Counted from the stretch's first letter, positions 38,701 to 49,355 are shown. The stretch is 64,000 bases of DNA from Planctomycetota bacterium (GCA_016872645.1 VGZH01000017.1:4626-68625); one strand, 5' to 3'. Translations and numbers: made by a program. The notes: generated by a model from the letters alone, not told the origin.

Positions 38701-39791
38701 GCGAACTGCGTCCAGACTTGGCCGGCCCGCACGAAAACTTGGCGGATCTCAGCCGCCTCCTCGGTCGTGAGCTGGCGATCTCTGACGCTCCCGACGGTGT
38801 GATCCGGGCGAATGCCGAGTTTCAAACATCTCTCGCCGAGTTGACTAAAGCGATCTCGCTGTCTCCTCAGCAGGCGTCGTTGTACCACGCGCGCGGAATG
38901 ATCCGTGTTGCCTTGAGCGACGCGACGGCGGCGATCGACGATTTTCAACGAGCGATCCGGCAATCTCCCAATCCCCGTCTCCGAGCAGCCAGTTTGCGTG
39001 AAATTGGATTGATTCACCAGCGGGCAAAACGATTTCCCGAAGCCCTCTCTGCCTTTGATCAGTCATGGACTCAAAACCCACAAGACACCAACGTCATTCG
39101 CCAACGTGCCGAGACGCTCTTGTCGCTCAACCGATTCGCAGAAGCGGTGGCGGGGTTCACCGAATTCCTCGAAAAGGAAGGCCCGGTCGGCGATGTGTAT
39201 CGAGCTCGTGGCCTGGCGTTCGCCAAGATGGAGAAGTACCGCGAGGCGATCAACGACTACACGATGTCTCTGCAATACGAGCCCTCCCCAAACATGCTGA
39301 AACAACGAGGCAAGGCGTACTTGCTGCAAGCGACTCAGCTCGCGAAAGAGGATTTTGAAGAATCGCTGCGGCTCAACCCGATCGATCCCGACAGCCGGTG
39401 GGGGCTGGCTCACGCGATGGTCTTGCTGGGCGACTATGCAGGAGCAGTCGTCGAAGTCGAGAAAACCGGTATCGCCGCCAAAGGGACAGGCGGCCAATTC
39501 GGACCACGCGAATGGCCGCTCCTTTTCAACCCTGCGACGACCTACGCGCTGGCGTATGCCAAAGCATTGGTCGATCCAAAACTCTCCGGTGAACGCCGCG
39601 AGGAACTCACGAAGCAGTACGTTTCCAACGCTGTGGAACTGCTCGACCTTGCTCGTCGCACCGCCGGCGAACAGTTTGGTCAGACGTTCGTGAAGCAACT
39701 CCGCAGCGATACGGACCTCAACCCCATTCGCCAACGTCCAGAGTTCACCGAATTCCTGAAGAAGGTCGACGCGGTGTCGCAACCGAAGTAG
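35751..39791 (+). CDS. Ser/Thr protein kinase with a disordered N-terminus, one TM helix, a coiled-coil and an extended TPR region
   Basis: Kinase motifs HRDLKPLNVMI, DWGLAK and GTPAYMPPEQ. TM helix ALVFGSTVAAVVVLCGSIAWIW. Many TPR-like repeats follow. ATG 35751 is preceded by aaggaga. Confidence 0.9.
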   Translation: MSVPHLSGAGDQRTESPKEATLVDDTPAKTSGATPNQTVAEQSERDEVTIVDRSIRSGTARSGSNEADDRDATITEGAPVFQQSESAVQTVIDPKAQDACLASPEFQTSADSSSAARDWAPTKGATEAAWPQPSPSVAKKPQTSQRPQLEDRYQLLDNFARGGLGNIWRAKDSIIHREIAFKELLPKALKNPRIVERFLEEAQITGQLEHPGIVPIYDVGYQENGTPFYAMKLLKGGNMEEAIETLHILPRGSTERQLAFTRLLRQFIAVCQAVGFAHEKGVLHRDLKPLNVMIGQFGETMVLDWGLAKVVDALGEHQIATDSDGQLDNAKPSADDHTLAESPTSDTNVATTKAGATGTAPSNIGATRAAATSAADPQTARTEPGTFFRRQVTTDARTAGSQTMMGQIMGTPAYMPPEQARGLINELDARTDIYSLGGILYKLLTNQSPVAKGKAQDVLAKVISGQIVRPREIDSTIPAPLEAICRKAMALLQADRYQRALDLAADVESWLADEPVSVFPEPWHERFRRWRKRHRALVFGSTVAAVVVLCGSIAWIWLESSRVESLRLAAQSKVDAAGIAAKDSDLAKATTLLREALGQVQAESKLTQFRETIQGNLDYVGRLQAAAEQARLAELRTKTSRLLEEAQQATNTARDFAHARTLLTEAVTLLAKETSLAELHRQAQSLLADVNQSLAEQSEVDAAKAQLAKFMATVEQVRVHGSNLSGQDSTDDLREARKLGLAGLELFAIDFKQTEKLDPRLTLIGPDAIETWRSGAFELLFTVAQVEINLANRDQPAEFQRAAQRSLDRLQEADHLGRTSPVVAALKAQLLESLGKTEEAQAALKEMATIPARTRFDHFFLGEMDRLRHDYKSALSHYQDALQVAPDDFWSLNMIGYCHLYSQDTAAATAAYTACIARRPKVFWPYVVRGYAFGELKQYEKAQRDFDKALELEPQSYHVFLNRGVVFLKKKDYAAARADFVKAGELRPDLAGPHENLADLSRLLGRELAISDAPDGVIRANAEFQTSLAELTKAISLSPQQASLYHARGMIRVALSDATAAIDDFQRAIRQSPNPRLRAASLREIGLIHQRAKRFPEALSAFDQSWTQNPQDTNVIRQRAETLLSLNRFAEAVAGFTEFLEKEGPVGDVYRARGLAFAKMEKYREAINDYTMSLQYEPSPNMLKQRGKAYLLQATQLAKEDFEESLRLNPIDPDSRWGLAHAMVLLGDYAGAVVEVEKTGIAAKGTGGQFGPREWPLLFNPATTYALAYAKALVDPKLSGERREELTKQYVSNAVELLDLARRTAGEQFGQTFVKQLRSDTDLNPIRQRPEFTEFLKKVDAVSQPK

Positions 39792-39836
39792 TTCGGTTGT
39801 CCTTTCCGAACGGCTTGAACGGACGTCGATGTCCTT

Positions 39837-40688
39837 CTACGGTTGGTCTTCCGGTTTCACGAAGAACTGCGACAGGTCGAGGCCGCCTTTCAACTCCGCC
39901 TGCACGATCTTCAGCGATTGCTCGATGCGTTGCAGGCGTTGTTCCAGCACGGGATGGATCATCGGCTGGTCGGACTTCGGTTTCATTCGCGGCACAGCTG
40001 GGTAGCCAAGCTGCCGTTGCAGCGCGGCGAACATGTAGAGGGGATCCTTCTTGCGGTGAGCTTTGGCGATTCGGCCTTCGCGGAGACCGAAGAGCGTCGG
40101 GTACGGCACGCTGAAATCGGGGTCTTGGTTCGCTCGGCGACGGTCAGCGACGAATTGTTCGGAACGGAAATAGAGCAAATCTGAAAACTCGGATGTGCCG
40201 AGTTCTCGCCGTAAGACCGCAAACCATTCGCGCCAGGTATCGTCGTACAACGGATCGCCTCCGATTGCGACCAGACCATCGGCGTAACCCAGACGGTTTC
40301 GTGACAGACATTCGAACTGGTAAATGAACAACCCCTGTGGCGTCGGATTGTTCGCGCGGAAGTCCGCCTCGCGGGTCAGGATTTCGAGGGCCATGAACTG
40401 GTCGAACCGCGACTTTGTTTCCTGTTCCGCCTGCCGCATGATGAAGGCTTGGAACGGAGCGAAGTAATGCTCCAGCCGAGCCATCCCGTCGCTGATTCGG
40501 CCTTGCAACAGGATTTCGCTTCGCAAGAAATCAATCGCCATGGGCAACTTGGTCGTGCTGAGAATCTCTTCTTGGATCGTCGTGAGAATCTCCTGCGACG
40601 AAATGCTCTCGCGCAGCCGCTCGGCGAAGACGCGGAAGAAGTGCGTCTGCTCGATGTATTCCTCGCGGTCCAAAAGGGGAGTCGGCAT
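39837..40688 (-). CDS. Conserved-looking hypothetical protein (all-helical, 283 aa)
   Basis: The ORF has coding-like composition. I prefer the start MPTPLLDREEYIEQTHFF at 40688. I recognise no motif. Confidence 0.55.
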   Translation of the reverse strand: MPTPLLDREEYIEQTHFFRVFAERLRESISSQEILTTIQEEILSTTKLPMAIDFLRSEILLQGRISDGMARLEHYFAPFQAFIMRQAEQETKSRFDQFMALEILTREADFRANNPTPQGLFIYQFECLSRNRLGYADGLVAIGGDPLYDDTWREWFAVLRRELGTSEFSDLLYFRSEQFVADRRRANQDPDFSVPYPTLFGLREGRIAKAHRKKDPLYMFAALQRQLGYPAVPRMKPKSDQPMIHPVLEQRLQRIEQSLKIVQAELKGGLDLSQFFVKPEDQP

Positions 40689-40734
40689 GTCAGTCTCTGT
40701 AGCGTTCGGCCAGAGTTTCGCAAAGCGGCAATGG

Positions 40735-41301
40735 TCACACCGGACGGCGATATCGAGACAACGGACCTTTGGGAGGAACCTGTGCCGTCGATGGCTCTTT
40801 CTCCGTCGCAAGTGTTGCCGTCGGCGGTAAAAACATGAACGCGAACACCAACGTCAGCGCGGAGGCCAACAGAATCGCCCCACGCAAACGGTTGTTGACC
40901 GCGAATGGATAAACCGCCGAGCCGTACCACGGCAGCGAGTCGGCGGGCATCTCCAAGGCCGGGTCGTTGTCGTGGATCGAAAGCTGCAAGTGCTCATCGA
41001 CGGGAATGCGTTCCTCGCCAGGTCTGCGCGCTCCGAAATCAACACTGGCCAGCTTGCGAACGAAGTCCGGATCGCGGGCCAGCGAATCGACGACCAGAGT
41101 CAGGTCGTCGACTTCGTGTTCCAGGCCAACGAGCCGCATCTGCCTCGCGTGATAGTCTCGCTGCAGTTGGATGTAGCTCAGCAATTTTGGTGAGAGCGCG
41201 ACTAACGAGTACGCACCGATCGCCGCCAACAAGGCCAGCCAGAAGGCCAGCGAGGTGGTCCAGGGGGTATGGGAGTCGGGTTGTTCGATCGTGTCGTTCA
41301 T
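40735..41301 (-). CDS. Septum formation initiator (FtsB/DivIC)-like membrane protein
   Basis: A single N-terminal TM is followed by a coiled coil LQRDYHARQMRLVGLEHEVDDL. Then comes DPDFVRKLASVDFGARRPGEERIPV, which resembles the DivIC-family C-terminal motif. It lies downstream of eno, as ftsB does in many Proteobacteria. Confidence 0.5.
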   Translation of the reverse strand: MNDTIEQPDSHTPWTTSLAFWLALLAAIGAYSLVALSPKLLSYIQLQRDYHARQMRLVGLEHEVDDLTLVVDSLARDPDFVRKLASVDFGARRPGEERIPVDEHLQLSIHDNDPALEMPADSLPWYGSAVYPFAVNNRLRGAILLASALTLVFAFMFLPPTATLATEKEPSTAQVPPKGPLSRYRRPV

Positions 41302-41375
41302 TTTGGAGTGCGGTGTATCAGCACCGCTTGGGATCTATTCGAAGCCGATACACCGCGCTCCAGAGTGTGCCCGAT

Positions 41376-41413
41376 GAAACGAAACAGGCCGGAGATTTTT
41401 GCGGCTCCGGCCT
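41376..41413 (-). terminator. Probable intrinsic terminator after eno
   Basis: On the minus strand: 9-bp stem aggccggag/ctccggcct, 10-nt loop, then gtttcgtttc. Confidence 0.55.
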
Positions 41414-41446
41414 GAGTTCCGTGACTTTCGCAACCAAGTTTCGCGA

Positions 41447-42784
<1,338 letters not shown>

Positions 42785-42927
42785 TCAGCCCACATTCGCC
42801 ACCATGAGCGGCCGGAGAATTTGCCGGATCGGAACGGTCGGCTCGAACGGATGGCGGTTCTGAAGAGGCTGACTTCGCGATAGCAACTGCGTCGCGAGCC
42901 ATCGGGTGCACAACTACAATCCGCCGC

Positions 42928-43947
42928 ATGACTTCACTTTCCGAACAATCGCCTCGCTCGCATCCCGCCGAGCCGCTTCCGCTGGAGCCGATGGACCCGC
43001 AACTGAAATGGATTCAGCCGGGGGGCGGAGTCATTTGCCATCTCGAACTGGGGTGGGGACACGTTCGTCGCGGGTGGCTGAGGACATTTCGTCGCGGCTA
43101 CGTTCGCCGCATGGCGGAGCTTCGGAAAGGAGACTTCAACGGCTGCCCGCATGACGTGCTTGACCCCCGCGACGTGAAATTCTTCCGCAACCAAGGGGGC
43201 TACTACTGGGACGCCGCCGACGATCCATTCCGCTGGCGCGACAAGATTCCGTTTGCACGATCAGGGCTGTGCGAACTGTTCGTGTTCTCGCTGATCACGT
43301 TTGGTCCGGCGATCGGACTGATCTGCTGGTTGACCTGTCCTTGTTCCGCTTGGCTGCCGATTGCGGCTCGCATCGCCGCCTGGTTGGCTGTTGCGACTTG
43401 CTCGGTCATCGGCCTATTGATCGTGTGGTTCTTTCGGAACCCGCCGCGAGTGATTCCATCGACACCGGGTTTGGTTGTATCACCAGCCGACGGAAAAATC
43501 GTCGCGATTGACGAGATCGAGCACGACGAATTCCTCGGTGGGCCGGCGGTCCAGATCGGGATCTTCCTCTCGATCTTCAATGTCCACATCAATCGCGCTC
43601 ACGTGGCAGGCCGGGTGATCGGGTTGCGGTATCGGCCGGGGAAGTATTTGAATGCGTTGCGACCTGAGTCGGCGCGTGAAAACGAACAACTCGCCGTGCG
43701 AATGCAAGAAACGGAGTTCCCGTTTCGCCGGTATATTGTGCGGCAAATCACGGGGGCGATCGCTCGGCGAATTGTCTGCTGGCTGAAACCGGGAGACGTG
43801 TTGGCTCGTGGCGAGCAATTCGGCATGATCAAATTGGGGTCGCGAACCGAACTGGTCCTGCCGCGCGAGGCGGCGTTGAAGTTGCGAATTCAACTCGGCG
43901 ACAAAGTGAAAGCCGGCACTTCGATCCTGGCGGAGTTTCAATCATGA
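42928..43947 (+). CDS. psd: Phosphatidylserine decarboxylase-family proenzyme (short type) with an N-terminal extension of about 150 aa
   Basis: The C-terminal half contains SPADGKIV and the self-cleavage-type motif MIKLGSRTEL. It directly precedes pssA with a 4-nt overlap. The true start is uncertain. Confidence 0.75.
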   Translation: MTSLSEQSPRSHPAEPLPLEPMDPQLKWIQPGGGVICHLELGWGHVRRGWLRTFRRGYVRRMAELRKGDFNGCPHDVLDPRDVKFFRNQGGYYWDAADDPFRWRDKIPFARSGLCELFVFSLITFGPAIGLICWLTCPCSAWLPIAARIAAWLAVATCSVIGLLIVWFFRNPPRVIPSTPGLVVSPADGKIVAIDEIEHDEFLGGPAVQIGIFLSIFNVHINRAHVAGRVIGLRYRPGKYLNALRPESARENEQLAVRMQETEFPFRRYIVRQITGAIARRIVCWLKPGDVLARGEQFGMIKLGSRTELVLPREAALKLRIQLGDKVKAGTSILAEFQS

Positions 43948-44861
43948 ACCGACGCGAAAAAGTCTTCGCCGTGCTGCCGACGATGCTGACGCTCGGCAAC
44001 GCAGTCTGCGGGTTCGGAGCGATCACCTTCGCGGCCAAGTGGTCTGGCGGCGATCCCGCGCTATCGTTGTTCATCGCGTCATGTCTGATTTTTCTGGCGA
44101 TGGCGTTCGACGCGCTTGATGGCAGCGCGGCTCGGTTGACCAAGCAGACCAGCGAGTTCGGGGCGCAGCTCGATTCGCTGTGCGATGCGATTAGCTTCGG
44201 CGCGGCTCCGGCCTTCTTGATGCTGCAATTCTCGCAGTCGCGGGATCTGCTGCACCTGCGATTTTTGTGGTGGATCGCGGCTTTGTACGTCGCTTGTGCA
44301 GTTTTGCGGTTGGCTCGATTCAATGTCGAAACCGACGAGGACGATGCTCACAATTCTTTCAGCGGCCTGCCGTCACCGGCGGCAGCAGGAACGATCGCCA
44401 GCTTTCCGATCATGGCGTTTGGATTTCGTCACTTGGAGGACGCAGCCAATGACAAGCTTTGGGAGCGGATAGCGACGTGGCTCGATACCTGGACCGCCAA
44501 CGTGCTGCCGTTCATCACGCTGGCCGTCGCCTGTTTGATGGTCTCGCGGATTCGTTACGCGCATCTCTTCAATCAACTGGTGCGTGGCCGACGAACCCGG
44601 AAGCATCTGATTCAAATCGTCTTCGCGATCGCCGTGATATTCGTAATGCCGCAGGTGTTCGTGCCGCTGTTTTGCTGCTGGTTCGCGTTCGGAGCGCCGG
44701 TGAAGGCGTTGTGGAACGAGTCGGTGATGCGCTGGTGGCAGCGAATACATCCGCGACCGGCGATCGCTGGTGGAACACCCTTGCCAGAGACCGGTTGGAA
44801 GAGTGAGGGGCCGATGCCAATCGATTCCGCCGATCACGCCAACGACACGGACGATGCCTGA
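43944..44861 (+). CDS. pssA: CDP-diacylglycerol--serine O-phosphatidyltransferase
   Basis: CDP-alcohol phosphatidyltransferase motif DALDGSAARLTKQTSEFGAQLDSLCDAISFG. Confidence 0.9.
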   Translation: MNRREKVFAVLPTMLTLGNAVCGFGAITFAAKWSGGDPALSLFIASCLIFLAMAFDALDGSAARLTKQTSEFGAQLDSLCDAISFGAAPAFLMLQFSQSRDLLHLRFLWWIAALYVACAVLRLARFNVETDEDDAHNSFSGLPSPAAAGTIASFPIMAFGFRHLEDAANDKLWERIATWLDTWTANVLPFITLAVACLMVSRIRYAHLFNQLVRGRRTRKHLIQIVFAIAVIFVMPQVFVPLFCCWFAFGAPVKALWNESVMRWWQRIHPRPAIAGGTPLPETGWKSEGPMPIDSADHANDTDDA

Positions 44862-45472
44862 TGTTTACGGGACTAGTCGAGGCGCTGGGAACTGTGCGAT
44901 CGCTCACCGAAGAAGGGGATGCGAAGCGGTTGGTCGTTGCAGTCCCACCGGTGTTTCTGGAAGGTGCTTCCCCGAGCCAACGGCTGGGTGACAGCGTGGC
45001 AATCAACGGTTGCTGTCTGACGGTCGTTGCCGCCGACGGCGAGGTATGGAGCTTTCAGGCCGGACACGAAACATTGGCGAAGACAAACCTCGGCCGCCTG
45101 AAGGTCGGTGATTGCGTCAATCTCGAACGAGCGATGCCGGCGGACGGCCGCTTCGGCGGGCACATCGTGCAAGGACATGTTGATGGAGTCGGCCGAGTCG
45201 CAGCGATCAACTCGCGCACCGACTTCGCCGATTACACGTTCGAAGTCCCCGAATCGCTCGCGGCGCAGATGGTCGAGAAAGGTTCGGTCGCCATCGATGG
45301 CGTCAGCCTGACCTTGGTGCGAGTCACCACCACGAGCTTTCAAGTCATGTTGATCCCGCACACGCTGGCAGTCACGACGCTCGGCCGGCGAAAAATCGGC
45401 GACGAGGTCAACATCGAAACCGACGTACTGGCGAAGTACGTCGCGAAGCTGCTCGGGCCACGCCATGAATGA
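44861..45472 (+). CDS. ribE: Riboflavin synthase
   Basis: MFTGLVEALGTV opening. Duplicated GDSVAINGCCLTV / GSVAIDGVSLTL lumazine-binding repeats. Confidence 0.92.
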   Translation: MFTGLVEALGTVRSLTEEGDAKRLVVAVPPVFLEGASPSQRLGDSVAINGCCLTVVAADGEVWSFQAGHETLAKTNLGRLKVGDCVNLERAMPADGRFGGHIVQGHVDGVGRVAAINSRTDFADYTFEVPESLAAQMVEKGSVAIDGVSLTLVRVTTTSFQVMLIPHTLAVTTLGRRKIGDEVNIETDVLAKYVAKLLGPRHE

Positions 45473-45935
45473 ATTTCGAGATCGGTGTCGAATGTTTGGT
45501 CGCGGCTTGATCTGCGGTGGATTCGGAGCGGGCATCGGCTTAGTTGCCTTTTTCGCTGCCTATCTTTGGGTGTTCGCGGTTCGAGGCCCGTTGACGGCGA
45601 TGAACTGGTTCAGCCCAGGATTCTCAAATGCAGGTGTGGCAAGCAGCTTTGTCTTCGTCACTACCGCGGGCGTGCTGGGTCGGCAAGTGGTGTCAGTCTG
45701 GCGTGTCGTTATCTATTCCTGTTTAGGTTCATTTGTAGCGTCCATCTTGGGGCCATCCACTTCGATTGGCTGGTGGCAACGCAAGATGCGCTTGCTGGAA
45801 AATCCTCTGTTCGAAATGGAAGCGATCTGGCTCATCTTTGCCGCCAATGTGTTGGCGATTGCACTCGGTTTTGCCTTCGCAACGCCTGTTGGACCAACTC
45901 AGACGTCCTGCGAAGTGGAGAAGCTCACGCGATGA
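45465..45935 (+). CDS. Hypothetical 4-TM membrane protein
   Basis: Hydrophobic segments. Translationally coupled at both ends: an 8-nt overlap with ribE and an ATGA overlap with rsmA. Confidence 0.5.
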   Translation: MNEFRDRCRMFGRGLICGGFGAGIGLVAFFAAYLWVFAVRGPLTAMNWFSPGFSNAGVASSFVFVTTAGVLGRQVVSVWRVVIYSCLGSFVASILGPSTSIGWWQRKMRLLENPLFEMEAIWLIFAANVLAIALGFAFATPVGPTQTSCEVEKLTR

Positions 45936-46846
45936 ACGCAGCCGAACGGCAGACTCGCACGCATTTGACTAAGCTGTTTGCTCAGCACGGGTTCTTTCCA
46001 CGCGGCGATCTCGGTCAGAATTTTTTGATCGACCTCAACATCGTGCAGTACGTCGCGGATCAAGCCTTCATCGGGCCGGACGACGTTGTGCTGGAGGTCG
46101 GCACGGGGACGGGCGGGCTGACGACGTTTCTGGCTCGTGAGGCGGCAGATGTCGTGACGGTCGAATACGACCAGAACGTGTTTGGACTCGCGCAGCAGAT
46201 GCTCGACGGGTTGCCGAACGTGACGCTGATCAATGCCGACGCGCTCAAAAGCAAGAATCAACTCAACCCGGACGTGTTGGCCGTCGTCGAAGAAAAGCTG
46301 CGCGTCGATCCGGATCGCAAGCTGAAGTTGGTTGCCAATCTGCCGTACGACGTGGCAACGCCGGTGATCTCGAATCTTGTCGCCAGCGAGCTACCGTGGG
46401 TGGCGATGGTCGTGACCATTCAACTTGAATTGGCTCAGCGCATGGCGGCTCAACCGAAAGCGGGCAGCAATTTCGGAGCGTTGTCGATTTGGTTGCAGTC
46501 GCAGTGCCAGATCAAGTTGCTGAAGAAACTCGGCCCGCAGGTTTTCTGGCCTCGACCGGACGTCGATTCAGCGATCCTCAGCATCCGCCCCGACCGAGAC
46601 CGCCGAGCGTTGATCACCGATCGAGCGTTCTTCCACGATCTGGTCCGGGGAATCTTCACGCAGCGTCGCAAGCATCTGCGAGTCGTGCTCGCATCATTCC
46701 TCAAAGGCCGGCTGGATCGAGAAACCATCGACGGCGTCCTTCTGGAACTCGGCCTTAAGCCAGACGTGCGTGCCGAATCGCTGGAAGTCGAGACATTTGT
46801 GTCGCTCTCGAACCGGCTGCATGACGCTTTGTCGAAGCCGATCTGA
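45932..46846 (+). CDS. rsmA: 16S rRNA (adenine1518/1519-N6)-dimethyltransferase
   Basis: The family-typical LGQNFLID motif lies near the N-terminus and VLEVGTGTGGLT is the SAM motif. I prefer ATG 45932 to the 453-aa ORF-track start. Confidence 0.92.
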   Translation: MNAAERQTRTHLTKLFAQHGFFPRGDLGQNFLIDLNIVQYVADQAFIGPDDVVLEVGTGTGGLTTFLAREAADVVTVEYDQNVFGLAQQMLDGLPNVTLINADALKSKNQLNPDVLAVVEEKLRVDPDRKLKLVANLPYDVATPVISNLVASELPWVAMVVTIQLELAQRMAAQPKAGSNFGALSIWLQSQCQIKLLKKLGPQVFWPRPDVDSAILSIRPDRDRRALITDRAFFHDLVRGIFTQRRKHLRVVLASFLKGRLDRETIDGVLLELGLKPDVRAESLEVETFVSLSNRLHDALSKPI

Positions 46847-46847
46847 T

Positions 46848-47285
46848 TCAGTCCAGCCAGACAAAATCAATCGGCGAGTCGATGTCCGGGTGCAGGCTTT
46901 GATGGACCGGGCAGTGCCTCGCCGCTGTTTCGATCTTCGTGCGATCGGCAGCAGAGACCTTGGCGGCCTTGTCGGCGGGAATCGTCACGGTGACCGGCAG
47001 CCGGCCGATGCGGCGGATCGGTTGCTGGATCATTTCCTTGGTGACGTGGATGCGGGTACCAATCAGGTCGATCTGACTTCGTTCAGCGACGATTCCCATG
47101 ATGGTCATCACGCACGTACCGAGTGCCGTCGCCACTAAATCGGTGGGCGAGAAGCTCTCTCCCTTGCCGTGGTTATCCACTGGTGCATCAGTCACGAGGG
47201 TGGCTCCAGAGGGGCCGTGCGTCGCCGCACAGCGCAGTTGTCCTTCGTAGACGACGTTGATTTCTACGGCCATGAGTTGCTCCAA
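46848..47285 (-). CDS. OsmC-family protein
   Basis: 145 aa, with GKGESFSPTDLVATALGTC and CPVHQSL matching the two conserved Cys regions of OsmC/Ohr. Confidence 0.85.
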   Translation of the reverse strand: MEQLMAVEINVVYEGQLRCAATHGPSGATLVTDAPVDNHGKGESFSPTDLVATALGTCVMTIMGIVAERSQIDLIGTRIHVTKEMIQQPIRRIGRLPVTVTIPADKAAKVSAADRTKIETAARHCPVHQSLHPDIDSPIDFVWLD

Positions 47286-47495
47286 GAGGCTGCGGTGTCG
47301 AAATCGGTCTTCGCCGAGACCGGTTGGGTGGCTATGTTACTGCCCGCTCGACTGACTGCCGATGGAGCGGCGTGATCGGAACTCGATGGCGGATCGAAGG
47401 GTTCGTCGCGTCCATCGGTCACGGGCTTGCCCTGCTCAGCATAGTTCGTCGGTCATGGAAGGCACGTCTCTGGGAGGGAACCAAGGGGACCGAAC

Positions 47496-49031
47496 ATGCC
47501 AATCAGCATTCAACGTGAGCTCCCTCAAGAACTCGCCGACGTCCAGAAGGTGCTGTCGGCCAAGGCTCGTTCCTACGGGCTGGACTTCTTCGAGACGAAC
47601 TTCGAGGTCGTCGATTACGACGAGATGTCGATGCTCGCCGCGTTTGGAGGATTCCCCGTCCGCTACCCGCATTGGCGCTTCGGAGCCCAATACGACGAAC
47701 TCTCGAAGGGCTACGAGTACGGTCTGCAAAAAATCTACGAGATGGTGATCAATACCAACCCGTGTTACGCCTACTTGCTGAAGTCGAACTCGCTGATGGA
47801 TCAGAAACTGGTCATCGCTCACGTCTACGGACACTGCGACTTCTTCAAGAACAACGCCTGGTTCCAACCGACCAATCGCAAGATGCTCGACGAGATGGCC
47901 AACCACGCCGCGCGCGTGAATCGTTACATCGACAAATACGGCCACGAGGAAGTCGAAGCGTTCCTCGATGCCTGCCTGTCGTTAGAGGACTTGGTCGATC
48001 CACACGCTCCGCACATTCGTCGCCGTGATGAAATTGTCACTTCCTCTGCTGTCAGCCCGATTGGCAAATGCGACGACGAAAAGACAGCGGACGACACCCC
48101 GGGAAAGCTTCCGTCCAAAGATTACATGGACGACTTCATCAATCCGCGCGCCGCGTTGGATAAGGCCGACAAGCAGCAAAAAGAGAAGCAAAAAAAGAAA
48201 GAAGAACCGCGGACTTTCCCCGCGGAACCAGAGCGGGACTTGCTGCTGTTCCTGCTGGAACACGCACCGCTGAAACTTTGGCAGCACGACATCCTGCAGA
48301 TCGTCCGGGACGAGGCGTACTACTTCGCACCGCAGGCCCAAACAAAAATCATGAACGAGGGCTGGGCCAGCTATTGGCACTCGACCATCATGACGACGTT
48401 CGGTTTGAGTGACGGTGAGGTGATCGACTATGCCGACCATCACTCCGGCACGATGGCGATGAGTCCCAATCGGCTGAACCCGTACAAGATCGGCATCGAA
48501 CTGTATCGCGACATCGAAGAGCGCTGGGACAAAGGCCAGTTCGGCCACGATTGGGAAACGTGCGATGATTACGAAGAGAAGCGGAATTGGAACAAAGACC
48601 TCAAACTAGGCCGTAAGAAGATCTTCGAGGTGCGCCGCATCCATAATGACGTGACCTTCATCGACGCCTATCTGACGCCGGAATTCTGTCAGAAGCACAA
48701 GCTCTTCAGCTTTGCCTACAACGACGGAAACGATAATTACGAGATCGCCTCGCGGCAGTTCCAAGAGATCAAGCAACAGCTGCTGACAAGCCTGGCCAAT
48801 CACGGTCGGCCGTTCATCTACGTCATCGACGGCAACTACAAGAACCGCGGTGAGCTGTATCTCAAGCACCAGTTCGAAGGGGCCGAACTCAAGCACGACT
48901 ACGCCCGCGACACGCTCGCGAATCTGCAACGCATCTGGGGACGCCCCGTCCACATCGAAACAGTCGTGGATGAAAAGCCTTCGGTGATCTCGTTCGACGG
49001 CACAAACCACGAGATGCGGCAAAAGCCGTAA
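47496..49031 (+). CDS. SpoVR/YcgB-family protein
   Basis: Full-length similarity pattern: GLDFFETNFEVVDYDEM, YPHWRFG, INTNPCYAYLL, HVYGHCDFFKNN and NEGWASYWHS. Confidence 0.9.
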   Translation: MPISIQRELPQELADVQKVLSAKARSYGLDFFETNFEVVDYDEMSMLAAFGGFPVRYPHWRFGAQYDELSKGYEYGLQKIYEMVINTNPCYAYLLKSNSLMDQKLVIAHVYGHCDFFKNNAWFQPTNRKMLDEMANHAARVNRYIDKYGHEEVEAFLDACLSLEDLVDPHAPHIRRRDEIVTSSAVSPIGKCDDEKTADDTPGKLPSKDYMDDFINPRAALDKADKQQKEKQKKKEEPRTFPAEPERDLLLFLLEHAPLKLWQHDILQIVRDEAYYFAPQAQTKIMNEGWASYWHSTIMTTFGLSDGEVIDYADHHSGTMAMSPNRLNPYKIGIELYRDIEERWDKGQFGHDWETCDDYEEKRNWNKDLKLGRKKIFEVRRIHNDVTFIDAYLTPEFCQKHKLFSFAYNDGNDNYEIASRQFQEIKQQLLTSLANHGRPFIYVIDGNYKNRGELYLKHQFEGAELKHDYARDTLANLQRIWGRPVHIETVVDEKPSVISFDGTNHEMRQKP

Positions 49032-49355
49032 GAGACGCGTGGATGCTGCAAGTGGTTCTCGGCGAAATTTGCCGGATTGACGAAAATCGGCTCGTCAAAG
49101 GTGTCACGACTGCCGAACCGTTAGACAAGCGGCCAAGAAATCCCTGTTGACGCATGGGCACGACTTCTGACCAAATAGCACGAGTATCCAAGACGTAAAT
49201 TTTCCAGACCTTCCCGCCTTCCGCGGTTCGCAGGATGCGTGCCGCAATGATCTTTCTGAACTGAACAATGAAGGGCGAGGTGCTCGTCGTCGGTCCAAGA
49301 CCGCGACCAGTTCCTTGCCCTTCGTCCATTCTGCTCTCACACCGGGAGGTGTGCC

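Noticed and set aside
45485-46846. A 453-aa ORF suggesting an rsmA with a 149-aa N-terminal extension.
   Set aside because: The extension is Arg/Cys/Leu-rich and overlaps a better hydrophobic ORF in another frame (45465-45935). The RsmA homology starts at ATG 45932, which overlaps that gene's stop (ATGA).
47496-49031. spoVR without prkA/yeaH neighbours as an anomalous orphan.
   Set aside because: In E. coli the SpoVR homologue ycgB is also unlinked from yeaGH, so a stand-alone copy is not unusual. The partners may lie elsewhere in the genome.
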